In this document: positions 27,398 through 37,375 of the stretch, piece by piece
Layout: the number at the start of each line of letters is the position of its first letter
Numbering within the stretch: the stretch's first letter is position 1
DNA from: Candidatus Mcinerneyibacterium aminivorans
GTDB lineage: Bacteria > Macinerneyibacteriota > Macinerneyibacteria > Macinerneyibacteriales > Macinerneyibacteriaceae
Length of the DNA: 64,000 nt
Reading direction: 5' to 3'
NCBI GenBank assembly: GCA_008086245.1
Contig: VSIX01000029.1
Location: 11,813-75,812, forward strand
The notes under the pieces: model-generated
Told to the model about the DNA's origin: nothing
Seen by the model: the letters and a program-made list of their open reading frames with translations, nothing else
Database searches by the model: none
Made by a program: the position numbers and the translations under genes

Positions 27398-28849
27398 TTA
27401 AAATGGAAACTTTTCTTCTTTAATTTCTTTTTCAACTTTTTGTTCCTTAATCTGCAATTTTTTATGGTTTTTAAAGGGTTCAACTTTTATGGCTCTTACT
27501 GGACGTGTTGGGCATGCATATTCACATGAGCCGCAGCCAACACATTTGCTGTTATCAATCTCGGGGGCTTTTAAATTCTTTTTATAAGCTATCATGTGAA
27601 CGGCTCCTGTTGGACATATTTCGGCACAGGCACCGCAGGATTGATTTTTAGCATATACTACACATATATTTTTATCTAATCCCGATTTGCCCAAAGCAGT
27701 TTTTTGCTTTTCTTTTAAAGATATGTAAGTAAGAGCATCCGTAGGGCAGACTCTGCTGCAGTCATTGCAAAAATAATCACAAAATGATTCTTCATAATCC
27801 AAAACAGGATAATTAGCTGCTGGCTGAAGTACATTTGTAGGGCATACTTCTACACATCTAAAACAGTTAATACAATTATTAAGGTATTTATTTAAAGTAT
27901 TCCCCCCAGGAGGAAATGTTTTTGTTTTATCAAAGGTATGAGATTGGGGTATAAAATTTTTTATCCTAATTATTCCGGAGAATAATAATAAGAAAAAGAT
28001 ACTTCCCAATTTTTTTAAAAAATTTCTTCTATTGACAATATTGTTATCATTCATGGTTTTATTTTGCTTTAAATATTTAAAACCAAAGCTAATTGCATCG
28101 GTTGGGCAAATGGCCATACAGTTAAAACATCGTATACATAATGAATTTTCAATATTTTGTTCTTCTATATTAATGCAGCTTGTTTTACATGTTACTTCGC
28201 ATTTGCCGCATTCAATACAGACAGAATTTTTTATACTCAATTTCATAGCAGAAAATTTTGATAATATTCTGAAAATAAATCCTGTTGGGCACATATAAAG
28301 ACAGAAAAATCTTTTTCTAATGATTAAAGAAGAAAATAATATAGTAATATATAATAGCAGGATATAAACGATTATTGTTATATTGGTATCGGAAAAGACT
28401 GATTTTATCATAAATGTAATTTTACTTGATATAGAATATGGTTCCAAAGCGGAAGTTATCACTTTAAGATTAAAAACAAATGATATTAAAAATAATATAA
28501 AGACAGAGAAAGATATATATAAAGTTTTCCTGCTATTTATATGAATATTTGATTTTAATATTCTTATCTTGGCATATAAGAATTCAAAAAAATCCTGTAG
28601 TATTCCCATAGGGCAGAAAAGTGAACAGTAAATTCTTCCAAATAAAAATAATAAAAAGAAATTTATAACTGTAAAGATAAGAAAGAGAATTGTAAAATTT
28701 AATAATAATCCGATTAAAGAAGGCATAAACTGTATAGAGAAAAAATATTCATTGATTAATTTGTTGGATGAAAAATAAGAAATCCCAAAAAAAGCTAATA
28801 TGAAAATTATTTGCCAAATTATTCTAAATATCTTAAGATTCTTTTTCAT
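27398..28849 (-). CDS. Membrane polyferredoxin: NapH-like N-terminal half fused to a NapG-like Tat-signal-bearing 4x[4Fe-4S] ferredoxin half
   Basis: N-terminal TM helices with CSLFCPMG and CLYMCPTG (NapH CxxxCP motifs). Mid-protein MNDNNIVNRRNFLKKLGSIFFLLLF (internal twin-arginine motif). It is followed by four CxxCxxCxxxCP clusters. Confidence 0.6.
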   Translation of the reverse strand: MKKNLKIFRIIWQIIFILAFFGISYFSSNKLINEYFFSIQFMPSLIGLLLNFTILFLIFTVINFFLLFLFGRIYCSLFCPMGILQDFFEFLYAKIRILKSNIHINSRKTLYISFSVFILFLISFVFNLKVITSALEPYSISSKITFMIKSVFSDTNITIIVYILLLYITILFSSLIIRKRFFCLYMCPTGFIFRILSKFSAMKLSIKNSVCIECGKCEVTCKTSCINIEEQNIENSLCIRCFNCMAICPTDAISFGFKYLKQNKTMNDNNIVNRRNFLKKLGSIFFLLLFSGIIRIKNFIPQSHTFDKTKTFPPGGNTLNKYLNNCINCFRCVEVCPTNVLQPAANYPVLDYEESFCDYFCNDCSRVCPTDALTYISLKEKQKTALGKSGLDKNICVVYAKNQSCGACAEICPTGAVHMIAYKKNLKAPEIDNSKCVGCGSCEYACPTRPVRAIKVEPFKNHKKLQIKEQKVEKEIKEEKFPF

Positions 28850-29576
28850 GACTGTCTCCCCCAGTATTTTTTACAAATTTAGAAATAAATACTGTTAATT
28901 CAAAAAGTAAATATAAAATTATTCCTACAATAATTTGAGATATTATATCAGGGGGGGTAAATAGGGCAGCTATTAAAAAAATTCCTATAATGGCATATTT
29001 TCTAATGCTTTTTAAATATTTGTAGGAAATAATATCTAATTTAACAAGAAACAAAAGCAGAATAGGAATTTGAAAACAAAATGCAAGTATAATTATTAGA
29101 ACAAATATGAGGTCAATATATGATGAAAAGTTTAAGAGTGGTTTAATATCATCCTGTGAGGAAAAGCTCATAAAAAATTTTATTGTAAAAGGAGCCAAAA
29201 AGTTATAAACAAAATAGATAGAGAAAAAATATAATAAGGGAGAAAAAAATGAAATCATAAGGAATTCTTTTTTTTCTTTTTTATAAAGTGCAGGGTAGAT
29301 AAAAGAGAGTAAAAGAGCTGCGGTAATGGGAATGGTTAAAAGTAAAGATATATAGAAAGAAAATTTCATGTAAGCTAAAAATTTTTCGTATATTTTGAAA
29401 AAGTAAAAATTTAAGGAAGGAAGATTAGATTTTGCAAATGGTTGAGAAATAATTTCAATTAAGTAATTCCTAAATATAAAAGCTATTATAAAAAAAAATA
29501 TCAAAAAAAATAATGAAAATATAACCTTTTTTCGGAATATTTCTAAATGGTCAAAAAAATTAAGATCTTTTCTCAT
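28833..29576 (-). CDS. tatC: Twin-arginine translocase subunit TatC
   Basis: 247 aa. N-terminal FDHLEIFRKK matches the TatC HLxELRxR motif. 6 TM segments. Confidence 0.75.
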   Translation of the reverse strand: MRKDLNFFDHLEIFRKKVIFSLFFLIFFFIIAFIFRNYLIEIISQPFAKSNLPSLNFYFFKIYEKFLAYMKFSFYISLLLTIPITAALLLSFIYPALYKKEKKEFLMISFFSPLLYFFSIYFVYNFLAPFTIKFFMSFSSQDDIKPLLNFSSYIDLIFVLIIILAFCFQIPILLLFLVKLDIISYKYLKSIRKYAIIGIFLIAALFTPPDIISQIIVGIILYLLFELTVFISKFVKNTGGDSHEKES

Positions 29577-29581
29577 AAAAA

Positions 29582-29779
29582 TTAGTTTTTATTATCTCTA
29601 TTATTTTTGCTGCTTTCTTCTTTTATTTCATTATCTTTTTCTTCAAAAGAGGAAAACTCTTTTTTGAATTCTCTGTATGCTTTACCCATAGACTTTGCAA
29701 CTTCCGGTAATCTTTTTGCTCCAAATAAAATTAATACAATAAATAGAATAAGCAATATTTCGGTAAATCCAATACTCAT
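29582..29779 (-). CDS. tatA: Twin-arginine translocase subunit TatA/E
   Basis: MSIGFTEILLILFIVLILFGAKRLPEVAKSMGKAYREFKK is a typical TatA N-terminus. Confidence 0.8.
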   Translation of the reverse strand: MSIGFTEILLILFIVLILFGAKRLPEVAKSMGKAYREFKKEFSSFEEKDNEIKEESSKNNRDNKN

Positions 29780-29893
29780 AAGACCTCCTTTAAAAATTAT
29801 TTACTATTTATTATAATTTAGGATTTATAAAATGTCAATTATGTTGTTAATTATAAAATATTTAAATTTTTTTTAAAAAAATCAAAAAAACGT

Positions 29894-29921
29894 TTGATTT
29901 ATCTCAATCTTCTACTATACT
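29894..29921 (+). promoter_or_regulatory. Sigma70-like promoter (TTGATT-16 nt-TATACT) upstream of the cold-shock gene
   Basis: -35 at 29894-29899 and -10 at 29916-29921, seen directly, about 50 nt upstream of ATG 29970. Confidence 0.45.
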
Positions 29922-29969
29922 TAGTTCTGTAAAGGGAAGTTTATTTTTTTATACGGAAAAGGAGTATTT

Positions 29970-30170
29970 ATGAAAGGTAAAGTTAAGTGGTTTGATTCTA
30001 AAAAAGGCTATGGTTTTATTAAAGGTGAAGATGGACAGGACGTATTTGTACATTACTCAGAAATTGATCAGCAAGGCTTTAAATCTTTAGAAGAAAATCA
30101 AGAAGTAGAATTTGAAGTTGAAGACGGTTCAAAAGGCCCTCAGGCCAAGAACGTTAAAGTTCTAGACTAA
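29970..30170 (+). CDS. cspA: Cold-shock protein (CspA family)
   Basis: [16 protein letters not shown]...[12 protein letters not shown]1/RNP2 motifs. 66 aa. Confidence 0.9.
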   Translation: MKGKVKWFDSKKGYGFIKGEDGQDVFVHYSEIDQQGFKSLEENQEVEFEVEDGSKGPQAKNVKVLD

Positions 30171-30334
30171 GTAAATCAATTTTATAATTCCTCTATAAAA
30201 TATGGTAATATGTCGTAATTAAAACGGTAAATTTAAGTATTAAAAATAAATTTCTCTTGCTTACCAGATTTTATAGAATTCGTTTAGGACTTTAAACTGA
30301 ATTAGGAATTTAACTAATTGAACATTTAGATGAA

Positions 30335-30368
30335 AAGGGTGATTTGAAAGAATCACCCTTTTTTTTTG
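30335..30368 (+). terminator. Rho-independent terminator (AAGGGTGATT-TGAAAG-AATCACCCTT followed by T8)
   Basis: 10-bp perfect stem plus a run of 8-9 T, seen directly. Lies between cspA (+) and the HD-domain gene (-). Confidence 0.7.
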
Positions 30369-30374
30369 TACTTT

Positions 30375-31193
30375 CTATAAATAATTTCTCTTTTTTGAAT
30401 TATTGATAGTTGCATATAACTCAATAAAGGGTTTGATGGTGCTAAATTTTATTTTGGGGAGTAATACTTTTTCAACCTGAAATAACCCTGCTGACTCTTT
30501 CATATGAACATTTATTCTTATAGGCTTGTTTTTTCCTTCATCTATTTCAAGTTTGGTTATGGTTTGTGCCGAAAATCGATGGATATCACCTGCTTTTGCT
30601 TCATTAGAAAGCAGGGAAGGTATTCTGGCGCGTCCTTTTTCCAAATCACATCCATCTGCAATAATAACCAATCCTGCTTCTATTGAAGTAATAGTTCTAT
30701 TAGCCATATGTCCAATTATGCCTTCTATTACAGTAGATCTTATTACAGTTCTTTTTTCAATATTTTTAGGGTATATTTTTTTTAATAATCTGGTAATTAT
30801 TGGAATAGATAAATTGACACTTAAAAATTCATGATTATCTCTTCCTATACTCATTCCTATATCATGAAGTAAGGATGCCAGTAAAATACTAATTCTGCTA
30901 TCTTCACTGTTGCCCAGCTCTTCTTTTTCAAGATTAAATTTAATATTTTTATTTTTAAGCAAACCAAACATTATCATGGCATTTAAAGCTGTTTTTTTCA
31001 TATGAACCGGTCCATGGTCATTGTATCCCAATCTTTTAATTGAAACGATGTTAGAATGATTTTGTAGTGTTATTATTTCCCTGTCATTAAAAATTAAGGA
31101 AGCAATTTGTTTTGATTTGCCGGATAATTTTGATAAAATACCATCTTCTAATTTATTTTCCTTATATGATTTTTGCATAAAGATCTCCTCCAT
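30375..31193 (-). CDS. HD-domain metal-dependent phosphohydrolase
   Basis: HGPVH...LLASLLHDIGM, the H...HD motif pair. 272 aa. Confidence 0.55.
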   Translation of the reverse strand: MEEIFMQKSYKENKLEDGILSKLSGKSKQIASLIFNDREIITLQNHSNIVSIKRLGYNDHGPVHMKKTALNAMIMFGLLKNKNIKFNLEKEELGNSEDSRISILLASLLHDIGMSIGRDNHEFLSVNLSIPIITRLLKKIYPKNIEKRTVIRSTVIEGIIGHMANRTITSIEAGLVIIADGCDLEKGRARIPSLLSNEAKAGDIHRFSAQTITKLEIDEGKNKPIRINVHMKESAGLFQVEKVLLPKIKFSTIKPFIELYATINNSKKRNYL

Positions 31194-31234
31194 TCATAAT
31201 ATTATTAAAAAGTTGGGATTCTGTTAATTACAAA

Positions 31235-32320
31235 TTATTTTTTATAATAAATTCTATACAGGTAGCCATTTTTATCATCTGATACAATTAAAGATCCATC
31301 ATTTATAACTTCAACATCTACAGGTCTTCCAAACTTCTTATTATCCTTAAGCCATCCATCGGCAAAAACGGTGTACTCATACTGGTTATTTATCTTTTTA
31401 ATATTGGTTACTCTATATCCAATAGGGGTTGAACGATTCCAGGATCCATGCTCTGCTATAAATATTGTATTATAATATTCTTCCGGGAATTGATTTTTAT
31501 TGTAGAATCTCATTCCGAGTGAAGCTACATGGGGACCCAGTTTAACTACAGGTTTTATATATTTTTTGTTATTATCCAGTTTTTTTCCATATTTTGGATC
31601 TAAAATATTTTCTCCGTGAATAAATGGAAAACCAAAATGTAAATTTTGATTTTCTGCTTTATTTAATTCATCTGGAGGAATATTATCTCCCAGCCAGTCT
31701 CTACCATTGTCTGTAAACCATAGTGTTTCGGTTTCAGGGTGCCAGTCAAAACCCACAGAATTTCTTATTCCCCGTGCAAATATTTCAAAATTAGTCCCAT
31801 CCAAATCAAGCCTGCAGATAGATGCAAAGTGTTTATTTTCTGATAAACATACATTGCAGGGAGCACCAATAGAAATATATATTTTTCCATCTGGACCAAT
31901 TTTTAAATATCTCCATTCATGGTGGGTCTGTTCCGGTAGGTCATCATAAAGAATTGAAAATTGAGGTGATTTTAAATTAGACATTATATTTTCAAATACT
32001 AGGATTCTATTAACTTCAGCAACATACAGATTACCTTTATAATAATCTATTCCATTGGGCTGATTTAAATTATCCGCTACAGTAATAATTTTATCGGCTT
32101 TAAAGTCATTATCTGTATCAATTACTGCATACAGCTTTTGAGTCCTTGTGCCAACAAATATAGTACCTTTTTCAGCAAATGCTAGTGTTCTTGCACCTTT
32201 TATGTTTTTAGCGTATATCTCTATATGGAAATTTTCCGGAATATTAATTTTGTTTAAATCTATTGCCCAAAATGAGATTGTAATTACAAAAAAAACTAAT
32301 ATTATGCCAAATTTTTTCAT
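31235..32320 (-). CDS. Secreted soluble aldose/sorbosone dehydrogenase-like beta-propeller (PQQ-dependent sugar dehydrogenase family)
   Basis: Signal peptide. FTDNGRDWLGDNIPPDELN and overall YliI/sorbosone-DH family resemblance. 361 aa. Confidence 0.6.
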   Translation of the reverse strand: MKKFGIILVFFVITISFWAIDLNKINIPENFHIEIYAKNIKGARTLAFAEKGTIFVGTRTQKLYAVIDTDNDFKADKIITVADNLNQPNGIDYYKGNLYVAEVNRILVFENIMSNLKSPQFSILYDDLPEQTHHEWRYLKIGPDGKIYISIGAPCNVCLSENKHFASICRLDLDGTNFEIFARGIRNSVGFDWHPETETLWFTDNGRDWLGDNIPPDELNKAENQNLHFGFPFIHGENILDPKYGKKLDNNKKYIKPVVKLGPHVASLGMRFYNKNQFPEEYYNTIFIAEHGSWNRSTPIGYRVTNIKKINNQYEYTVFADGWLKDNKKFGRPVDVEVINDGSLIVSDDKNGYLYRIYYKK

Positions 32321-32429
32321 ATAAACCTCCTATATTATAATTATATCATTATATTTTAGTTTTAAAATATTTTAATTGGTAATTTAATAAATTGTGCTAT
32401 CTTTTGAATAGGAGGTGATTTTTTTGAAT

Positions 32430-33170
32430 ATGAAAAAAACTTTTTTTATTTTTGTTTTATTTTTATCAATTTATATTACAATTTTTGCAACCTGGAAGAT
32501 GGAAGTTGAGTTATCGAAAGTTTATGGTGGATATTCGGATATCAGAATTCCCAATAAAGAGGGTGATTTGATATCATTAACCGATGATTTAGACATGGAA
32601 AGTATATATTCCTATAGGTTAATGTTTTCAAAAACACTCGGGAATAAACATACTTTATTACTGACATATGCGCCTTTTAAAATTGAATCCCATGGAAAAT
32701 TACCCCGTGATATTTATTATAATGATTCATTATTTGTTAAGGATGAAATGATTAATTCTGTTTATGTATTTAATTCTTACAGATTAACATATCGATATAA
32801 AATTTATAGTACTGAGAAAATTGATTTTGGTTTGGGGGTAACAGCAAAAATAAGAGAGGCATTCATATCACTGGATGAAGTAAATACCGGAACTTATTCT
32901 AAAAAATCAAATGTTGGTTTCGTGCCTATAATTAATTTTAATTTTAATTATAAATTTTCAAATGATTTTTATTTGAATTTTTCTGGAGATGCTCTTGTTT
33001 CACCTTATGGGAGGGCAGAAGATATATTTTCGGGTTTATATTATAATATAAATAAAAATTTCCAACTAAAAGCTGGATACAGATTTTTGGAAGGTGGATC
33101 CGATGTCGAAGAAGTATACAGTTTTTCTTATTTTCATTACCTGTTATTTGGATTTGTGATATCAATTTAA
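32430..33170 (+). CDS. Hypothetical secreted/outer-membrane beta-strand-rich protein
   Basis: Signal peptide. Alternating aromatic/hydrophobic pattern with C-terminal ...F. The tracked start at 32415 is GTG abutting GGAGG; ATG 32430 is preferred. Confidence 0.4.
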   Translation: MKKTFFIFVLFLSIYITIFATWKMEVELSKVYGGYSDIRIPNKEGDLISLTDDLDMESIYSYRLMFSKTLGNKHTLLLTYAPFKIESHGKLPRDIYYNDSLFVKDEMINSVYVFNSYRLTYRYKIYSTEKIDFGLGVTAKIREAFISLDEVNTGTYSKKSNVGFVPIINFNFNYKFSNDFYLNFSGDALVSPYGRAEDIFSGLYYNINKNFQLKAGYRFLEGGSDVEEVYSFSYFHYLLFGFVISI

Positions 33171-33295
33171 TTAAAAAGACTTTTTAATTTCTTAAATATT
33201 ATTAAAAAAAATTAATTATTTGTAACTTTTCCCCTCCTTAATCAGTATTATATAATGAAAAGGTGATAGGAGAATATTAAAAAGGAGGCTTGTTT

Positions 33296-34159
33296 ATGAA
33301 AAAGATTTTGTTTACGGTATTTATTGCAGTTATATTGTTCTGGGGATGCTCTAATTCAACAGGACCGACAGGATCGGGAGATTTAGAGATGTTGTTAACA
33401 GATGGTCCCATAGATTCTACTGAAGTAAGTGAAGTTATGGTTAAATTCAAGGAAATTAAAGTTAATAAAACCGGGGACCTAACTGATTTTAAGACATTTA
33501 AAGAGTACGGTGAAAATGAAGGTATTTTCAACTTAATGGATCTTCAGGATGGATTAACTTCTGAGCTGGGCACAAAACAAATGGATGCAGGTGTTTACAG
33601 TCATATCAGGATAATATTTGATGATACATATGACCATCATATCACTGTTAATGGATCATATGAGCCACTAGAGCTTACCTATAGTACAGAAGAAGGGAAT
33701 TTTACCACCGGTCATCTTGAATTGGCTGGTTCTTTCAGGATCGAAGAAGGAATTAAAACAAGTTTAATACTGGATTTTGATGTACGCAAATCTGTTGTTG
33801 ATCAGGAAACAGGGTATAAATTGCATCCTGCAATTCGTTTGGTAACAGAAGATATAACAGGAGCTGCTGATATTCAATTAAGCAATATCCCGGCAGAAGT
33901 AGATCATGTTATTAGCTATCTCTATAATGATGGAACATTTGATGAAACTACAGAGATAGGCAACGATTTCACAAATTCTGTAATTTCTGATGATCCAAAT
34001 GATAGCAACCTAATTGAATTTGATTATATTGAGGAAGGAACCTATACTCTTGTAATTGCTACATTTGATGCAGATGGCAATATTATTGATGTGTATACAA
34101 AATCCATTGAAATAGTTAATGGAGAAACCGCTCAGGAGTCATTTGATTTTTCAGCTTGA
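33296..34159 (+). CDS. Lipoprotein, DUF4382-like
   Basis: Lipobox FWGCS. MLLTDGPIDS... resembles the DUF4382 N-terminus. AAGGAGG lies 7 nt upstream of ATG 33296. Confidence 0.5.
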   Translation: MKKILFTVFIAVILFWGCSNSTGPTGSGDLEMLLTDGPIDSTEVSEVMVKFKEIKVNKTGDLTDFKTFKEYGENEGIFNLMDLQDGLTSELGTKQMDAGVYSHIRIIFDDTYDHHITVNGSYEPLELTYSTEEGNFTTGHLELAGSFRIEEGIKTSLILDFDVRKSVVDQETGYKLHPAIRLVTEDITGAADIQLSNIPAEVDHVISYLYNDGTFDETTEIGNDFTNSVISDDPNDSNLIEFDYIEEGTYTLVIATFDADGNIIDVYTKSIEIVNGETAQESFDFSA

Positions 34160-34190
34160 TACAGTTTATCCTGTGTGATAGCATAAAAAT

Positions 34191-34748
34191 ATGGATGAAT
34201 ATGACGAGTTAAATTATGAAGTTATAGAAGCGGTGTTGAGCGGGCACACCGCTTCTTTTGAAAAAATTATTGAAAGGTTTGAAGCTATGGTATTTGATTT
34301 GACATATAAACATATACAAAATTATGAAGATGCCAGAGATTTAACGCAGGAAATATTTATAAAGGTTTTTGAAAATCTTGATAAATATGATAAAAATTAT
34401 AAATTTTTTTCCTGGATTTATAGAATTAGTTTAAATGAAATATATTCTTATTTAAAAAGAAATAAATGGAAACAAAAAACTATTTCAATAGAAAAAGTTA
34501 AATTTTTTTTTGTCAGAGATAAGAATGAAAAAGAGGATTATAAGGAAGCAATGCTGCATAAAATTCAGAAAATTATTGATAAAGAAAAAGATAGGGATAA
34601 ACAAATTTTTTCTCTTTTTTACTATAGTGACTACTCAATTGAAGAAATTAGCAAATTAACGGATGAGACAAAGAGCAATGTAAAAGTTATACTGCATAGA
34701 TTAAGAAACAAAATTAAGGAAAAACTTGAAGTTGAGGTGAAAAAATGA
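34191..34748 (+). CDS. ECF-type RNA polymerase sigma-70 family factor
   Basis: 185 aa. Region 2 (DLTQEIFIKVF) and region 4 (IEEISKLTDETKSNVKVILHRLR) helix-turn-helix. Confidence 0.7.
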   Translation: MDEYDELNYEVIEAVLSGHTASFEKIIERFEAMVFDLTYKHIQNYEDARDLTQEIFIKVFENLDKYDKNYKFFSWIYRISLNEIYSYLKRNKWKQKTISIEKVKFFFVRDKNEKEDYKEAMLHKIQKIIDKEKDRDKQIFSLFYYSDYSIEEISKLTDETKSNVKVILHRLRNKIKEKLEVEVKK

Positions 34749-35221
34749 AAAAATATTCTTTTAATGATGAAATTAAAAACAAAAAACTTCAGGAAAGTTT
34801 AAAGTATGCAATAATGGATAAAATTTATGAAAAGAAATATAAAAAAATGTATTTTAAAAAGCTTGCTTATAGTTTCGGGATAATTTTGTTACTGGCATTT
34901 ACCTTGTTAATAGGATATAATTATGGCAAACATACACAGGATAATAAAACTACGCTGGTCTTTAAATTAAAAAGACCGGATGCAGAAAGTGTAAAGCTTG
35001 TAGGGGATTTTAATAACTGGAATAGGGAAGGAATAAATTTAAAAAATCAAAACGGTTACTGGAAAACCCAGATAAAACTTGAAGAAGGAAGCTATAGATA
35101 CTTTTTTATAGTAGATGGAAAAGTTGTTCTTGATCCAGCTAACCCTACTATAGATGATCCATTTGGAGACAAATTATCTCTTGTTAATGTTTATCAGGAG
35201 GGAAAGGATAATCGATTATGA
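34745..35221 (+). CDS. Membrane-anchored putative anti-sigma factor with a C-terminal CBM48/AMPK-beta-like glycogen-binding-type domain
   Basis: Overlaps the sigma gene by 4 nt. One TM segment. KLVGDFNNWN...GYWKTQIKLEEGSYRYFFIVDGKVVLDPANP is a CBM48/E-set signature. Confidence 0.5.
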   Translation: MKKYSFNDEIKNKKLQESLKYAIMDKIYEKKYKKMYFKKLAYSFGIILLLAFTLLIGYNYGKHTQDNKTTLVFKLKRPDAESVKLVGDFNNWNREGINLKNQNGYWKTQIKLEEGSYRYFFIVDGKVVLDPANPTIDDPFGDKLSLVNVYQEGKDNRL

Positions 35222-35697
35222 AAAAATTAATTATATTAATTTTTATAATAATAATAATAAGTTCATCTGTAATTTTTGGTATATCATTTGAAAAAAAACA
35301 GAAATTAATTGAAAACAGATACAGGGAAGTTATTAAAAAAAGATATAAATTATCAGAAAATGAAATGGATAAGTTATTTGATGAAATAAATAAAAATTTT
35401 AATAGCAATCAAATAAAACTTGAAATTATGAGAAGAATAGCTTTGAAAGAAAAAGTAAACAGCAATGATAACAAAATTAAATCCAGATTAAATATGAAAA
35501 ACATGAATAATGTTCAATTTAGAAATAATTATCTTAAAAGAGTAGAGCAGCAAAAGAAAAAAATGAGGAAATTTATTCTGGACAAAGTTAAAAATTTAAG
35601 GACAAAATTTCAAGTTCAGGGTCCAAAGGGAGAGGAATTTGGTCCTCCAGGAGAAATTGATCCTCCCCACAGTAATCCAAAGAATGGAGAAAAATAA
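35218..35697 (+). CDS. Hypothetical secreted Lys-rich protein with a short collagen-like GPxG tail
   Basis: Signal peptide. GPKGEEFGPPGEIDPP at the C-terminus. Confidence 0.35.
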   Translation: MKKLIILIFIIIIISSSVIFGISFEKKQKLIENRYREVIKKRYKLSENEMDKLFDEINKNFNSNQIKLEIMRRIALKEKVNSNDNKIKSRLNMKNMNNVQFRNNYLKRVEQQKKKMRKFILDKVKNLRTKFQVQGPKGEEFGPPGEIDPPHSNPKNGEK

Positions 35698-35703
35698 TAA
35701 GAA

Positions 35704-36318
35704 ATGAATATTAACCGATATATAGTAAAATTTTTTTTAGTATTTTTTATTTTCATTTTTACTATTTTCACACTTTATGCCGGTGAATATAATTCTTTAA
35801 GGAAAAAAATTGAAGATAAAAATTTAAAATCTGAGTCATGGAATTATTATTTTGAACTTGCTGAAATAAGAAACATTTCCCATGAAAAATTATCGAATTT
35901 GATTGAGGAGAAAATCGATTATTTATTAATTGTTAAACAGGATATAGAAAAATTTAAGCAGGAATGGATTGGAATATTTTTATTTTTCTCTGATATCGGA
36001 ATAGAAAAAGAAAATGTTATTGAAATTAAACATAAAAATATTAATTATGGGAATCTAAAGATTTTAAAGAATTTTTTATCAATACTAAAATCCAGTTTTG
36101 ATTTTAATAATGATGAATTAAACCGGGTTTTTAATTATTGCTGTATTAAAAATTATAAGCTGGATGATTTAAATATATTGACATTAAACTTAAAAAGAAA
36201 TTTGAAAAAATTAAGATTGAGAAAAAATATTGTTAAAAATAAAATATTAAAGGAATTTTCTAAAGGATTGGATATGAAATTTATATTAAGAGAAATTTCG
36301 GGAGTTATAGATGAATAA
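35704..36318 (+). CDS. Hypothetical protein (N-terminal signal/anchor)
   Basis: 204 aa, no recognisable motif. Confidence 0.3.
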   Translation: MNINRYIVKFFLVFFIFIFTIFTLYAGEYNSLRKKIEDKNLKSESWNYYFELAEIRNISHEKLSNLIEEKIDYLLIVKQDIEKFKQEWIGIFLFFSDIGIEKENVIEIKHKNINYGNLKILKNFLSILKSSFDFNNDELNRVFNYCCIKNYKLDDLNILTLNLKRNLKKLRLRKNIVKNKILKEFSKGLDMKFILREISGVIDE

Positions 36319-37375
36319 GAGAATACTGTTGTTTGTCATGTTAATCGGGATAATAATTAATACTGCTGCTGATGTTTCAATCAACAACAATTTTTATGCA
36401 GGTTATACTTCGAATATTTATAAAAACAAATCTGAACTAAACGATAATTATGCAGGTGATAATTTAACTATTTTTTACAACAATGAAGCTTTCAGTATAG
36501 ATTCCTATTTTGAATATTTAAGATATTTTGATTATAAGTATGGAAATTACATCTATTTTAATATTGAACCCAGATATATAGTGCCGTTATCACTAAAATC
36601 GGATTTAATCTTTAAAGCCGGTATTAACAACTATTTATACCCAAATGATAAATATATGAATAATTATGATTATATTTTGGAGACTACTTATAAATATGAT
36701 ACTTTATTTTCATTGAGAAATTTATTAACCCTTAAATATAGGGAGAATACATTTCCCCAAAATAACTTAGATTTCAATGAAGTCTCTATTTCTGACAGTT
36801 TATATTATTATGTAAATCTTGAAACCGTATTGAATTTCTATATGAATTATACAATTGTTTACTGGGAAGAACGAAAATTATATCTGGATCCGGATACAAT
36901 TTCAAACAAAACTCCCAAGGATAGTAAAATAGAATCAAAAATTGATCTGGAATACATATTCAATAATATTTTTATATCTAATTTTATCGTTCGATTCGAA
37001 AAGCAAAACAGTGATTTAAATTCTGTAATACAAATCGATGAAAATACAGAAAAGTTTGAGAAAGATATATATTCATATAATGTTTTAGAATTAGCGAATA
37101 TCATTAATATTTTATATGAGAACTGGACACTCGAAATTGAAAATAATTATTTGTTCAAAAAATATGATGAAAGAAAAATATTTTACCCGGATGGAACTAT
37201 TGGAGATGAAACCGTTTATAATAATATTTACAGTATAAATGTTTTTGTGGAAAAGCAAGTATCCACTAATGCAGGTATTAATTTGAATTTCTACTTTGAA
37301 AATAATAATTCAAATGATTACTACCTTGATGGGGAGGGGTTTGATATAGAGGGGGGTATCTATTATCAGTTTTAA
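36311..37375 (+). CDS. Hypothetical secreted Tyr/Asn-rich protein (possible outer-membrane beta-barrel)
   Basis: Signal peptide. Y/N-rich alternating pattern. C-terminal ...YYQF. Confidence 0.35.
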   Translation: MNKRILLFVMLIGIIINTAADVSINNNFYAGYTSNIYKNKSELNDNYAGDNLTIFYNNEAFSIDSYFEYLRYFDYKYGNYIYFNIEPRYIVPLSLKSDLIFKAGINNYLYPNDKYMNNYDYILETTYKYDTLFSLRNLLTLKYRENTFPQNNLDFNEVSISDSLYYYVNLETVLNFYMNYTIVYWEERKLYLDPDTISNKTPKDSKIESKIDLEYIFNNIFISNFIVRFEKQNSDLNSVIQIDENTEKFEKDIYSYNVLELANIINILYENWTLEIENNYLFKKYDERKIFYPDGTIGDETVYNNIYSINVFVEKQVSTNAGINLNFYFENNNSNDYYLDGEGFDIEGGIYYQF

